64,000 bases of DNA, from NCBI RefSeq assembly GCF_003918875.1, contig NW_025767088.1, forward strand, positions 62,001 to 126,000, written 5' to 3'. Position 1 is the first letter of the stretch, and the number at the start of each line of letters is the position of its first letter. Shown here in pieces: positions 1 through 11,560 of the stretch. The position numbers and the translations under genes are program-made. The stretch is from Haliotis rubra (taxonomy: Eukaryota). Below the pieces are notes generated by a model. It saw only the letters and a list, made by a program, of their open reading frames with translations. It did not search any database and had not been told where the DNA came from.

Positions 1-163
1 CGAGAGAGAGTTGACTTAAGGAAGCACTTGCTGGAGGAGGTCTTAGGAACTGAACTAAAGAACATATTGAAATTTCAAAAGTTTAATCAGTCTTCATGAG
101 ATGATTAACCGATGTTTTAATTCATTTACAGGCTGCGATATTGTCCTGTTTATACTCTCAGAT

Positions 164-2507
164 ATGTCAGAAGATGCAAGCGAGTACACACAGAAAGGTA
201 CGCCAGAGAACATAGCCAGAGCTTTCTGCGCCTCTGCTTATCGTGCTGGGCTCACCAAACAGGAAGTAGTGGATTTCTACTCTAATTGGGCCGTGGACGG
301 CAAATATGACCAGGTAGGCTCTATATAACTAGTAAGTATATATATGACACGAAATCGTTTTAATGTTGCTTCTCCGGTGTACTCAACTATTCTCCTTCAT
401 CGAATGGCCTTATATGTTTCAGAATTCGGGCTATGAGCGCTACAAAGGACCAGTCATTGCTGCCAACGCCTTGGCAGAATATTTCAATGAAAGCATACCC
501 AAGACGAAAGTATTAGATGTTGCTGCAGGGACAGGCCTTGTTGGCAAACAGGTACAGCAAAGTGAACCAAATTAATTCAACATATACACTCACTGAAACG
601 GAAAGGTCCTGTAATTACCACATAGTGTACAGAGGATGAATGGTATGCATTTTCTAAAATATTCCTGACAGAAGTTTTTCACAATAGGACCCGTGAAGAT
701 TCGGGCTAGAACTGATCTTCAGTAACCCATGCTTGTCGTAAAATGCGACTAACGGGATCGGGTGGTCAGGCTCGCTGACTTGGTTGACACACATCGTCGT
801 ATTCCAATTGCGTAGATCGATGGTCAGACTGTTGATCACTGGATTGTCTGGTCCAGACTCGATTACTTACAGACCGCTGCCATATAGCTGGAATATTGCT
901 GAGTGTGGCGTAAAACTAAACCCACTCCCTCACTCACTCTTGCTAATCAGCTGATCTGTGTATAAGAGCTGTTTGGTCAATCAGTTTGCCTTATTATACA
1001 CTAAACAGTTGGACAATTCTGTAGCTTCAGGACCGAGGATTTAAGCATCTGGATGCTCTAGAACCTGCTGCAGGGATGTTGGAACAAGCCAGGAAGAAGA
1101 ACATCTACACCAATCTCTACTGTGAGTTCCTGGACGGCAAGCGTCTCCCAATAGATGATGGTAGGTAACATCTGATCTCCACTTGATCCCATAGTAACAC
1201 GCATCCCAGTAAATAGTTATAGCACCTCCTATAAATGAAATGGTATTGTGTCTCTCCACTGTTACATTAAGACAATTTGTCAGTTCTACCAAGCTGTGCT
1301 TAACATAGGTTCTTTCGTATGTTACAGACTCGTACGACTGCTGTGTTATAAGCGGTGGAATGGGAGAAGGACACATTCCATGCCGTGGGTTGAACGAACT
1401 AATTCGATTGACTAAACCAGGTGATTCACCTTACAGAAAACATTTGAACAATACTCGCCTCAATTCAGATATAGCAATTAAACAACTTTCGAAATCGGTC
1501 CGAATGCCAAGACGGAGTATGAAAACACGTAGTTTTTTTAAGTATTGTGAAGTATAGAAAGGTGCACTATTGCAGTAAACCGTCATTCCAGTCATGGTTC
1601 ATAAAAAGCTCATATTCTGAACAATCTATATCAATAACGTTCTGTTAAATTTTTCCTGTCTCATTCTAGATGTAACCTTTTTACAAACTGCTGTCGAAAC
1701 CAGTCGTTTGGACAAAGTTAAGTGTAATGAATTGTGAATCGAAATGACATATTCAAAATACATAATTTACTGTGATAAAATGACGATATATATTCCTAGA
1801 TTTTCTATAGAGCTGTACACTATAAGCACATTAGTTACAAGCGTATATTCTAGAACAACATATAGAAGTTCTAAGGATCGCTTCTCTGTATTTATATCAC
1901 ATGAAACCAACTGTTGAAAACCAGTCACTGAAATTAGGCCTTTGGTTTTCTGGCCTCTGGCCTTATATCCAATAAAATGCTTGTGTGTCTGTCGTTAGTA
2001 TTTCATAAAGGGTTGTTTTTATTCATTGATGCTTCAACGTCTAGAGTGCCCTTAAGTGTGATATCTGTATGCACAGGCAGATAAAATTTATTAATATATA
2101 TTGTTTGGTAAACATTTTAATCCCTCTTTTAAGGGGGGTTCGTATGCATCGTGATGAAGGAATCATATCTCTCACAGTGAGAGACGTAAAACCCAACTCA
2201 CTCTCTTACTCGTCATTGCTCTAAAGTCATGACTGCATATAAGAATATGGTTTACATTTGTGTGTGAATCAAATTGCATGTCATCTTTTGTCCGTAGTAA
2301 ACATTTTAATCCCTCTTTTCAGGGGGTTTAGTATGCATCGTGATGAAGGAATCATATCTCTCACAGTGCAAGGAATACATGGAAGGACTGGAGCAGCTGA
2401 TGAAGGAACTGGAGGATGCTGGGAAATGGAAACGGCTGTCCCGTCACGTTGTGCCAAAATACTCTTATGACGACAATGGTGTTATCTTCAGATTTAGGAT
2501 ATGTTGA
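164..2507 (+). CDS. METTL27-like: METTL27/WBSCR27-like SAM-dependent methyltransferase, copy 1 (5 coding exons, ~230 aa, intact)
   Basis: Exons 164-313, 423-551, 1025-1160, 1328-1420 and 2323-2507 all have AG/GT borders and sum to 693 nt in frame to TGA. Motifs: YSNWA..YDQ, SAM motif I VLDVAAGTGLVG, LDALEPAAGML, YDCCVISGGMGEGHIP, ELIRLTKPGGLVCI. A splice acceptor 2 nt before the ATG implies an upstream 5' UTR exon. Confidence 0.9.
688..939 (+). mobile_element. SINE family A (pseudoknot head, no tRNA boxes seen, LINE-like 3' tail)
   Basis: Consensus-like sequence: gacccgtgaagat.cggg.tagaa.tgatcttc...gcttgtcgtaa.a.gcgactaac...gctggaatattgctgagtg.ggcgtaaaac...(actc)n. About ten further copies occur in the window. 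Confidence 0.85.
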
Positions 2508-3137
2508 GAGAAGATAACTGATAACATGATTCTTGCATCGGTTGTTTAATTGTTACGTATGAGGAATATATGTTAGAGTTTGTTCCAAAAATATACCAAC
2601 ATATCAGTTCATGGTGGAATACGGCAGATAATCAGGATATTGCAATAATGGAATGTCACTAATGTAATCTGTGTCACTGTTTTGAGAACGAAATATTTCC
2701 CTGAACAAAAGTGATTACATTTTAGAAATGAAGGAAGTGTATTGGAATCTAACAAAAGCGCCCAGCACTCGCTTATTAAAGTCTTCTCCGTGTAGTGGTT
2801 GTTCTGGTATATCAATTATATACGATATATGATTGTACAAAAATACAGAAATATGACTTGTAAAGAGTAAGGTTTCAAATAATTTATCATTCACTGTGAA
2901 ATATGTCAAGTGAGTGAGTGAGTTCGGCAAATCGGCAATATTTCAGTCATATAGTGACAAGAACAGTTATGTTAAACGTGATATTAAATATCTATCACAA
3001 AGGACAGTATAATATAAGTAAGATGTTACAAAATTGGAGCATGGAAATTAACCATTTCAAATTCTAAAATACGCTACTCAACACAAATCAATGTCATATT
3101 TAATGCAATTATATACGAGCTATAGACCACCAGCAAC

Positions 3138-3325
3138 NNNNNNNNNNNNNNNNNNNNNNNNNNNNNNNNNNNNNNNNNNNNNNNNNNNNNNNNNNNNNNN
3201 NNNNNNNNNNNNNNNNNNNNNNNNNNNNNNNNNNNNNNNNNNNNNNNNNNNNNNNNNNNNNNNNNNNNNNNNNNNNNNNNNNNNNNNNNNNNNNNNNNNN
3301 NNNNNNNNNNNNNNNNNNNNNNNNN
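3138..3325. other. Assembly gap (188 N)
   Basis: Run of n characters. Confidence 1.
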
Positions 3326-4529
3326 ACTACAGCTTAATAGCCCTGGCACAATCCCTATCGTTTCCGATGCCAATGAACCATATACTGTTTGGTGTCCATG
3401 CAGTTGTTTGTTTTCTTCTCCTTTCACTGACTGTAATGTCAATTAAGTTCACTTCGTTTATTGTATGCTTAGAGATCTTCAGCAGAAATCTGTGTATTGT
3501 GTCCACAGCACACGCATGTAAAGAGACTGCCTCATATGCCTCAAAAACTGGAAGGTCATGCATTCAAAATTCCCATGGACTGCTTTGGAAATTTGATATT
3601 CAATATGCGTCACTTGGATGAGTATCAAGTTTTATACTTTTCTCAAGTCACCTGATCGATGACAGTGTCTAAAGGGTGCATATTGATGCACAGGATGATG
3701 CATCAAACGTTATCATGTGACAGTTTGAAAAACATGTCCCCTCAAACTGACCAAGGACTGGTTGTGATAGTTTGATATGCAAGAGTGAGTGAGTGAGTTT
3801 AGTTTTATGCCGCACTCAGCGATATTCCAGCTATATCGCGAGTCTGTAAATAATCGAGTCTGGACCAGACAATCCAGTGATCGATCTGCGCAATCCGAGG
3901 TTCCATGGCTGATACTAACTACACTATCACTGGTAATTTCTCTAAGCAAATGCATTACAGTATTCACCATGTGTTGCATCAGCTCTTGGGAAACTCTATG
4001 CTTTAATGTCTAGTTTATCCAACAAAAGTTGATTTGTAGCACTGTGGTGTGATGTGTATCACGTGATTGATAAATTTATGCACATAAATTGGCACGCCTA
4101 CAAGGTCAGTAAAACGGAAAATCAATGAATAATAATATTATGCAAATTTCCTCATTCAGACTCTGAGCCATCTAATTCTCCGCGGTTTCAAATTACGAAA
4201 CGATACAATCATTACAACATCTGGTAGATGCATGAACATCACATTCCACATCAGCCTAAAAGTTTTGTATCAGTTGAGGTTTCTAGAAGCTTAGTTGTCC
4301 TACTACAGTCACGTGACACACTGCTGCGCTGTAATATCTGCATATTGATGACGTGGCAAGACATCTCAGGCAATCAGTTTAGCATCATCCCGTGGTTGCC
4401 TGCTTTTGAGGGAAATTGAATACTATTTTGGTTCGAGGGACCAAGCCGTTTAGGTGAGTCGATATTCAATAAGACAAACATAGCTGTTGTTTCCATTAGC
4501 AGTTGCGTAAGAGGCGATTAACGAGATCA

Positions 4530-4618
4530 GGCCTAGATTTTCTGAACGAAGATCAGGGTGCCATTTAACATTAACTTACGACTATCTTAGCGCTAAGAGA
4601 TCTTCGAAAATCTAGGCC
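4530..4618. mobile_element. Palindromic Harbinger-like MITE inserted in a SINE A relic
   Basis: TIRs ggcctagattttc/gaaaatctaggcc; same family as 28068-28174. Confidence 0.75.
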
Positions 4619-4687
4619 CAGGGGTTCAGACCCGCTGACTTGACCTTGACATTGGGACCCATTTCGATTGTTATTTAATTGCAATGT

Positions 4688-4920
4688 GACCTTTGAAGAT
4701 CCGGGTCAGAATTTGTCTTCAGCAACCCATGCTTGTCGAAAGAGGTGATCGGGTTGTCAGACTCGCTTACTTGGTTGGCACATGTCATCGTACCCCAAAT
4801 GCGAAGATCGATGCTCATGCTGTTGATCACTGGATTGTCTGCTCCAAACTCGATTACTTACAGACCGCCGCCATATAGCTCTGCTACTGATGTGTTGCGT
4901 AACACAGCAAACAAACAAAC
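4688..4920 (+). mobile_element. SINE family A copy
   Basis: Same body as 688-939, with an (aaac)n tail. Confidence 0.8.
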
Positions 4921-6325
4921 ATTAGCAATTGCACGAGTTTACAAACTAAGATCCTTGTTGTTGTTCCTCTGGTATTAACGGATGTTTCCCCCAGGATAAC
5001 TACAATCATTGTGACAAACAGCGACTGCAAGTAATAGTGCTATAATAGCATCAAGGCATGTATGAGTCTTTATCAGTACAGACAGCCCTTTGAACGTATG
5101 ACCCAAGCATATAAGAAACTGAGAAATTAATATTAATTAGAGTGATTATCACAGCAATATCACAACAAGGGAAACCAGAAATGCTTCACATATTGTCCCC
5201 ATGTAGGGAATCGAACCCGGGTCTTCGGCGTGACCAGCGAACTCATTTATTACTGAGCTACCCCAACGCCCCAATATTTATCAGAACAATGGCTTGTAAT
5301 TTGGTGGTATTAACCCAATTGCTGGTGTTTCTATATAGGAAAAGTAAGTTTGACATGTGGTCAATATGGACAAGGCCTTCGATGAATGAATATGAAACGT
5401 TAGAAATATGATGATATGTATGTGAGTGAGTGAGTGAGTTTAGTTTTACGCCGCTTTTTAGCAATGAATATGAATATCACGGCGGGAAATACCAGAAATG
5501 GGTTGATATGTATGTAAGAAAATGGAAAGGTTCCCTGAACAAACACCTAAAGGTCCTAGATATGATGGGCCCCGAATTATCTCAAAGATATATAGACCAG
5601 CATGGACTTCTTCTCTTGGGAAAACCACTCAATAACAATCAAATGCTTTCATGGCTTCAAACAGCTACTCATGACAACAGTTTTAATGTACAGTAACAAT
5701 CATTGAAAAGCGGATATGAATTTCCTAATCTTTAATATTCTAAAAGCTTGTCACAAACTATAGTCTTGGCGATTATGTGTATATACTCAGAGGCAAAGGC
5801 GTTGTGACCAGGGTTTTTTCATCGGTAATTATTTTGTGAATGAAGTTTTGGATTTGAACCAGATGAAGAGTGTGATTAAATGGCCGAAGGAACGCAGCCA
5901 AGCAGTTTGCAAAAACATGACAAATTCCCGCAAAATGGCCATTGATGTTCACTTTAAAAGGTAAAAAAGCCAGAGGCATAGCATGTGCCTTGCGGAAACT
6001 GACAGGTGGAGAGCTATAGGTATGTTTTAGTCTAGTACCTTGCAGCGTGACGTTACTCGTTGATTCAACGTCCAAACAAACACCCTTGGCACAAATGGCT
6101 ACGGTTTCAGGAAAACCATCGGTACCGACCCTACGTAAGACGTAATGTTCCAGAAGAATGCAGATGGATTCGAACCACACACCTCCAACAGAGGTGTATC
6201 TGCGAGAAACGTACGACGACGTATACGTGTCTTCGGCATCCGTTCAAGATGCCCAGCACGATGTCCAAGTCTTACGCCAGAACGTCTACGTCGACATATC
6301 CAGTGGAGCAGAACACTTGTAATAG

Positions 6326-6494
6326 GGACCATGTGAGTGGAGAAGAGTTGCCCTCCTTCTTCTCGCCTTCAGGAGACCATGTGAGTGGAGAGGAAGAGTT
6401 GCCCTCCGCCTTCTCCGAGACACGTGTCTACAGGAGACCATGTGAGTGGAGAAGAGTTGCCCTCCTTCTTCTCCGAGACACGTGTCTACAGGAG
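6326..6494. repeat. Three tandem ~48-60-bp repeats (gaccatgtgagtggagaagagttgccctcc...)
   Basis: Directly visible; the repeats keep the frame DHVSGEELPSFFS. Confidence 0.85.
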
Positions 6495-8421
6495 CACAGA
6501 TGAACGCTGCGTGTGTGCTGGAAGGTGAAGGCATGTGCACCACAATGATAAATTACCACAAAAAGGAGCCGCATACCAGAATATCGATATCGCTGACTAG
6601 ATACATCGGTATCAGAGTGAGTGAATAAGGTAATATTTAAGTTGGGCAAAGTTTCAGCCATATCGTGACTAAAACATGTTATACACAAATAATTAAAACT
6701 AAAACAAAGGACTGTAAAGGACAGTAAAATAACTTGATTGTCGCAGACATAGGTCCGGTATCAGAGTGTACGTGTAAGTGTACAGAGGTTAAGGGAACTT
6801 GCAACATTATTTTCTAAAAACTTGCTGATATTACAAGACATGCACAAAGAATCATCTTCTATGGTGTCTGAAGAGTAGCACATTATGATGTTGTTAAGCA
6901 TCGTTTTATGTCATGTCAAATCAAAATCCAAGAAAAACGATCCCCTTTTCAAACAGAATTTGATATTTACTTCCTGTTAATCTATGTACGCCCCTTTTAG
7001 CAATATTCCAGCATATGGGCGGGGTACACCAGAAATGGGCTTCAAACACTGTGCCCATATGGGGAATCGAACCCGGGTCTTCGGCGTGCCGAACGAACGC
7101 TTTACCACTGGGCTACCCCACCGCCCCATGTTGATTGGTACACCTACTTTGTGTGAAACAAGTCTAGATCTCTATGTTTCATGGAAGCAGATGACACCGT
7201 ATGTTCCAAACAAATCTGGGCGTTATACCAATGTAGGTATACTACTACTGCTGATTTCCAATCGGCTCTTGTGATGTAATACCCTTACATAATATACTGT
7301 AATTTACATATCATGAAGGAAATAAAAAATACTATCCATCTGTATTCATGCTACGAACAAATGTTCATATGAATAAAAGTGCGGAATCCATTTCCATATT
7401 CATAAGACATATAAGCTAAGTCAGAATCAATTGTAGGATGTCGACTAAATACGTGTTTAGGAATCGTTATCAAATTGTTATGCACACATGAACGATCGAA
7501 GATGTTAGCATGCTGCCCCACTGGTGACACCATTGTCCACCTCAATGGTCTTTAATTTCTTACAATCTTAGAATATTCATTTAAAGGTAAATCCTGCTGG
7601 TATTATCTTAACTATTGAACACACTGAATGGCATTTCGAAGAAGAACTGCAATCGTAAAGAAATATTGATGCTGTTGTGTAAAGGCATACATGAATTGAA
7701 AGGCAATAATGGATCCAAATGCATTTTTATCACACTCTTCATGAGAACAAACACAGCCCTTAAAGGCACAATATCACACATTTTCGGGAATATTTTGGCC
7801 TATATTTTATATATTAGGGGCATATGCACTCACTTTAGCTTCCTACTGATGCAATACAACCCTTATCATCCCTTATGACTTGTCTGAAATCGGTAATCGA
7901 AACTTTGAGGCGAACAGCTTCCAAACAGAGAACACTTGCCATATATGGAATGTTAACACTTGCTCCGTACAACTGTCGGTGTTTGTCGAACTGGCCTCAA
8001 TCACGCATTGCCTTATAGGATATTCGTAAAGAGCACTCCAAGGGACACAACTCTATTGGGTTCGCTTGAAATGATGTTCGGCAACTTTGCATTAATCCAT
8101 TCGAACGTTTGTAATTTAAGATTGTGATCTAAATACGTGGGTGTTTTTAAAAATAAATTATATGGTGGCTTCCCTGATAGTTAAAATTATTGAGAGAAAT
8201 GCATTATGCCAACACCAACTTGCACAGGTAAAACACTAAAATACTGAAGTAGCAGATAACAAAATGTATAATATGAATAGGACATATGTCTGTATATCAA
8301 TATGTATGCATTTACTAAATTACTATCCATGACACCATGACACTTGGTACCGTATACACATTCCTCCAAGTGGAGGCTTGGAACTCTTGACTTAACCCCT
8401 CGTCCATGTAAACGTCATTAC

Positions 8422-8431
8422 AGTGTGTGTG

Positions 8432-8463
<32 letters not shown>

Positions 8464-8471
8464 TGCGTGCG
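8422..8471. repeat. (GT)n(GCGT)n microsatellite
   Basis: Directly visible. Confidence 0.95.
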
Positions 8472-8746
8472 CACGGGAGGGGGAGATTATAAGTGTTTGA
8501 AAGAGACAGGACATATAACTGAAGTACTAAAGCATGGGTGATGATGATACGGGCAGTTACAAATTTATTGGATGAGTGGAAATGGAGATGATTAAAGTTG
8601 CCACCATTGAAGAAGAACCCAATTTCATACCTTAGTCCTTATTTGGTGATTGGTAAGTGTTCATTTATAAACTGATGCATGAGTCATAATGAAACCTTTC
8701 ATTTGGTTTCTTACAATGATCAGTGACCCTGTTTTTACTTTTAGAA

Positions 8747-11560
8747 ATGGCAGAAAAAGATGTTAACAAGTGTACACAGAACGGTATGCCGGAGGACACA
8801 CCCACAGCGTTCGCCGCTTTTCCATATCGTGTTGGGCTCACCAAAGAGGAAGTGGTTGGTTTCTACTCTAAATGGGCCGTGAATGGCAAATATGAAAAGG
8901 TATGATTCGTATAATTCATGGGCATCTAACATGAAGTCTTAATACTATTAATTATTCACAACAGTCAAACATTCTTCTTACTCCAGTGATCTCTACGTTT
9001 CAGGACTTGTGTCATGCGAATTTCAAGGGACCAGTCATTGCTGCCAACGCCTTGACAGATTATTTCAGAGGAAGCATATCCCAGACGAAAGTATTAGATG
9101 TGGCCGCAGGAACCGGCCTTGTTGGCAAACAGGTACAGGTACAGCCTAAATACACCCAAATCTATTTCACGTGTACTCTCGCTAAATGGTACATAGTGTA
9201 CAAAATATGGGTGAATGGTGTTTAAGTGTTCACTCATTTTCTCAAAGATTCTCAAATAACGTCGTATGTTGAGTCATAACTTTGTGTGGTTACACCGTGA
9301 ATGGTTCATCTATTTTACAGCTTCAGGACCGAGGATTTAAGTACCTGGATGCTCTAGAACCATGCTGCGGGCATGTTGGAACAATCCAGGAAGAAGAACA
9401 TCTACACCAACTTCTACTGTAAATTCCTGGACGACAACCGTCTCCCAATAGCAGGTCTCTCAAATATGTTCATCTATTTTACAGCTTCAGGACCGAGGAT
9501 TTAAGCATCTGGATGCTCTAGAACCAGCGGCAGGGATGTTGGAACAAGCCAGGAAGAAGAACATCTACACCAACCTCTACTGTGAGTTCCTGGACGGCAA
9601 CCGTCTCCCAATAGATGACGGTAGGTAACACCCGACCTTAGTTGGATGCAAGTAACACGCACCCTAGCACCGTTTTACCTTGAAAATATAATATACATGA
9701 AATGGTCAGGATTTTTCTTTCTACTGGAATATTAGTAAGTACCACCGTATTTTGACGAACATTTGTAACAATTATCGTTACAGACTCGTACGACTGCTGT
9801 GTAATAAGTGGTGGAATGGGAGAAGGACATATTCCATGCTGTGGGTTGCACGAGCTAATTCGACTAACTAAACCAGGTTAGATATTACATTACTGCACAT
9901 CTTGCAGAAGAGCATGGCCCCGATCCAGCAGTGTTCGTAAGGCTACGACATTCGTAAGTCTGTGGTAAACCGTAGAGTTAAGACAGGTCGTAACGTTACG
10001 AATAGTTCGTGGATCGGGACATAGGGCACTACCGTTGGATGGTTCATGTCTGAATTATCTGAAAGGTATTGATGGCAATTAGAAGCTGGTATGATGAAGA
10101 GGACAATTTTATGGATAGATAGCTTGCTTATTGCAATAGATGCGACGTTTCGGTGTAGATGCTGAAACCGTATCACGTCATCACTTTCTTCATAACGGTG
10201 TTAGCATCTAAACCGAAACATCGTATCTATTGCAACAAGAAGACAAAGTCATCAATATTCCCCGCAATGGCAAAATACTCTTCATGATTATGTCTACGAG
10301 TTATGATTGTGTCAAATATTTAGGTGAGTATATAGAAAAGTGGAAGGAGAGTATTGAAAGGTTTTTAAAGTTCTGCTCCTGAAAATAGCACTATCACCAA
10401 TTTCAGTCAAAGTGAAACTTGTTGCCATGGAAACGCCAAAATATTTTATTCAGAATTCCAAAACTACCAAAAGGCACCAGTACACCACCAGATCTATCAA
10501 TGTGCCAAGTTTGGTGAAGAAATAGTGAACGGTTTTAGAGTTCTGCTCCAGAAAAGACGAAAGTGCACGGACGGACGCACGCACGCACGCACGGACGGAG
10601 TCCATTTTAATACCCCCCGCAAAACGCGTTGCGGGGGATAATAAAGAAGTTGTCAATCCATAAAAGGTGTTCCTCTTTATCCTTGAAAGTTGGAAATCAT
10701 TCTTCTCAATTTAGATGTAACAATTATAAAAGCTGTTATCAAAACTGGTCGTTCTGAGAAGGGGGCTTAAAACCCGCCAAATTTCTATTGGGAATCGAAA
10801 GGATAAACTTAAGTTGCAATGAAAATTTATTATGCTCTGGCTTAAGGATAACATATATTTCTAAGTTTCAAAAACGCCGTGCACTATTAGCAAATTAGTC
10901 AACATTTTCAAGAGCAATATCGTGGTGGTTCTGACGACCAGGGTTCTGTATTTTTATGAGTAAACAAGCTGATGATAACACGACACTTGTAAATAAGAAA
11001 TTTGCTCTGAATGTGTAAAACCTGAAGCCCAGAGTGCACATGGGGGCCAGGGTGAGTGAGTTTAATTTTACGCCGCTCTAAGCAATGTCATGGCCCGGGA
11101 CACCAGAAATGGGCTTCACACATTGTATCCATGTTGGGAATCGAACCCGGGTCTTCGGTGTGACGACCGAACACTTTAACCACTGGGCTACCCCACCGCC
11201 CCATCGAGTTTGGAACAGACAGACCAGTGATTGATATCGTGAGCATCAGTCCACGGATAAAATCCACCAGGTGGCTACCCCGACGCACCATGAGTGACAG
11301 GGGTGAATGTATTGGAGAATTGTATGAGATGTTAATACTTGTATTCAGTAACAATTCAAGTTCAATTTTCAGGGGGTTTCGTATGCATCGTGATGTTGGA
11401 AAAATATCTCACTCAGTGCAAGGAATACATGGATGGACTTGAGCAGCTGATGAAGGACCTGGAGGATGCTGGGAAATGGCAACGATTGTCACGTGATGTC
11501 GTACCAGAATACTCACTTGGCAGGAGTGGTGTTACCTTTAAATTTAGGATATGTAAATAG
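8747..11560 (+). CDS. METTL27-like: METTL27-like methyltransferase, copy 2 (~232 aa, intact)
   Basis: Exons 8747-8899, 9004-9132, 9485-9620, 9784-9876 and 11373-11560 sum to 699 nt. Internal exon sizes (129/136/93) and phases match copy 1. A frameshifted extra exon 3 lies at 9321-9454. Confidence 0.9.
9916..10020. mobile_element. Palindromic MITE
   Basis: cccgatcca...ttcgtaa / ttacgaa...tggatcggg, with the same size and layout as the other hairpin MITEs. Confidence 0.7.
10235..10641. mobile_element. Helentron-associated (HINE-like) non-autonomous element
   Basis: It starts aacaaga, contains a (gcac/ggac)n microsatellite at 10565-10598, and has the subterminal hairpin ccccgcaa.aacgcg.ttgcgggg. 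It interrupts a Penelope-like tail (aataaagaagttg resumes at 10640). Confidence 0.55.
11052..11205 (-). mobile_element. tRNA-derived SINE family B copy
   Basis: Reverse complement of the 17864-18023 family, in intron 4 of copy 2. Confidence 0.8.

Noticed and set aside
688-725. SINE A head as an HDV-like ribozyme
   Set aside because: It has the P1/P2-like crossing but no P3, L3, P1.1 or catalytic C strand. It is reported as a simple pseudoknot instead.
3074-3621. ORFs of 122 and 176 aa
   Set aside because: They span the N gap and are artefacts.
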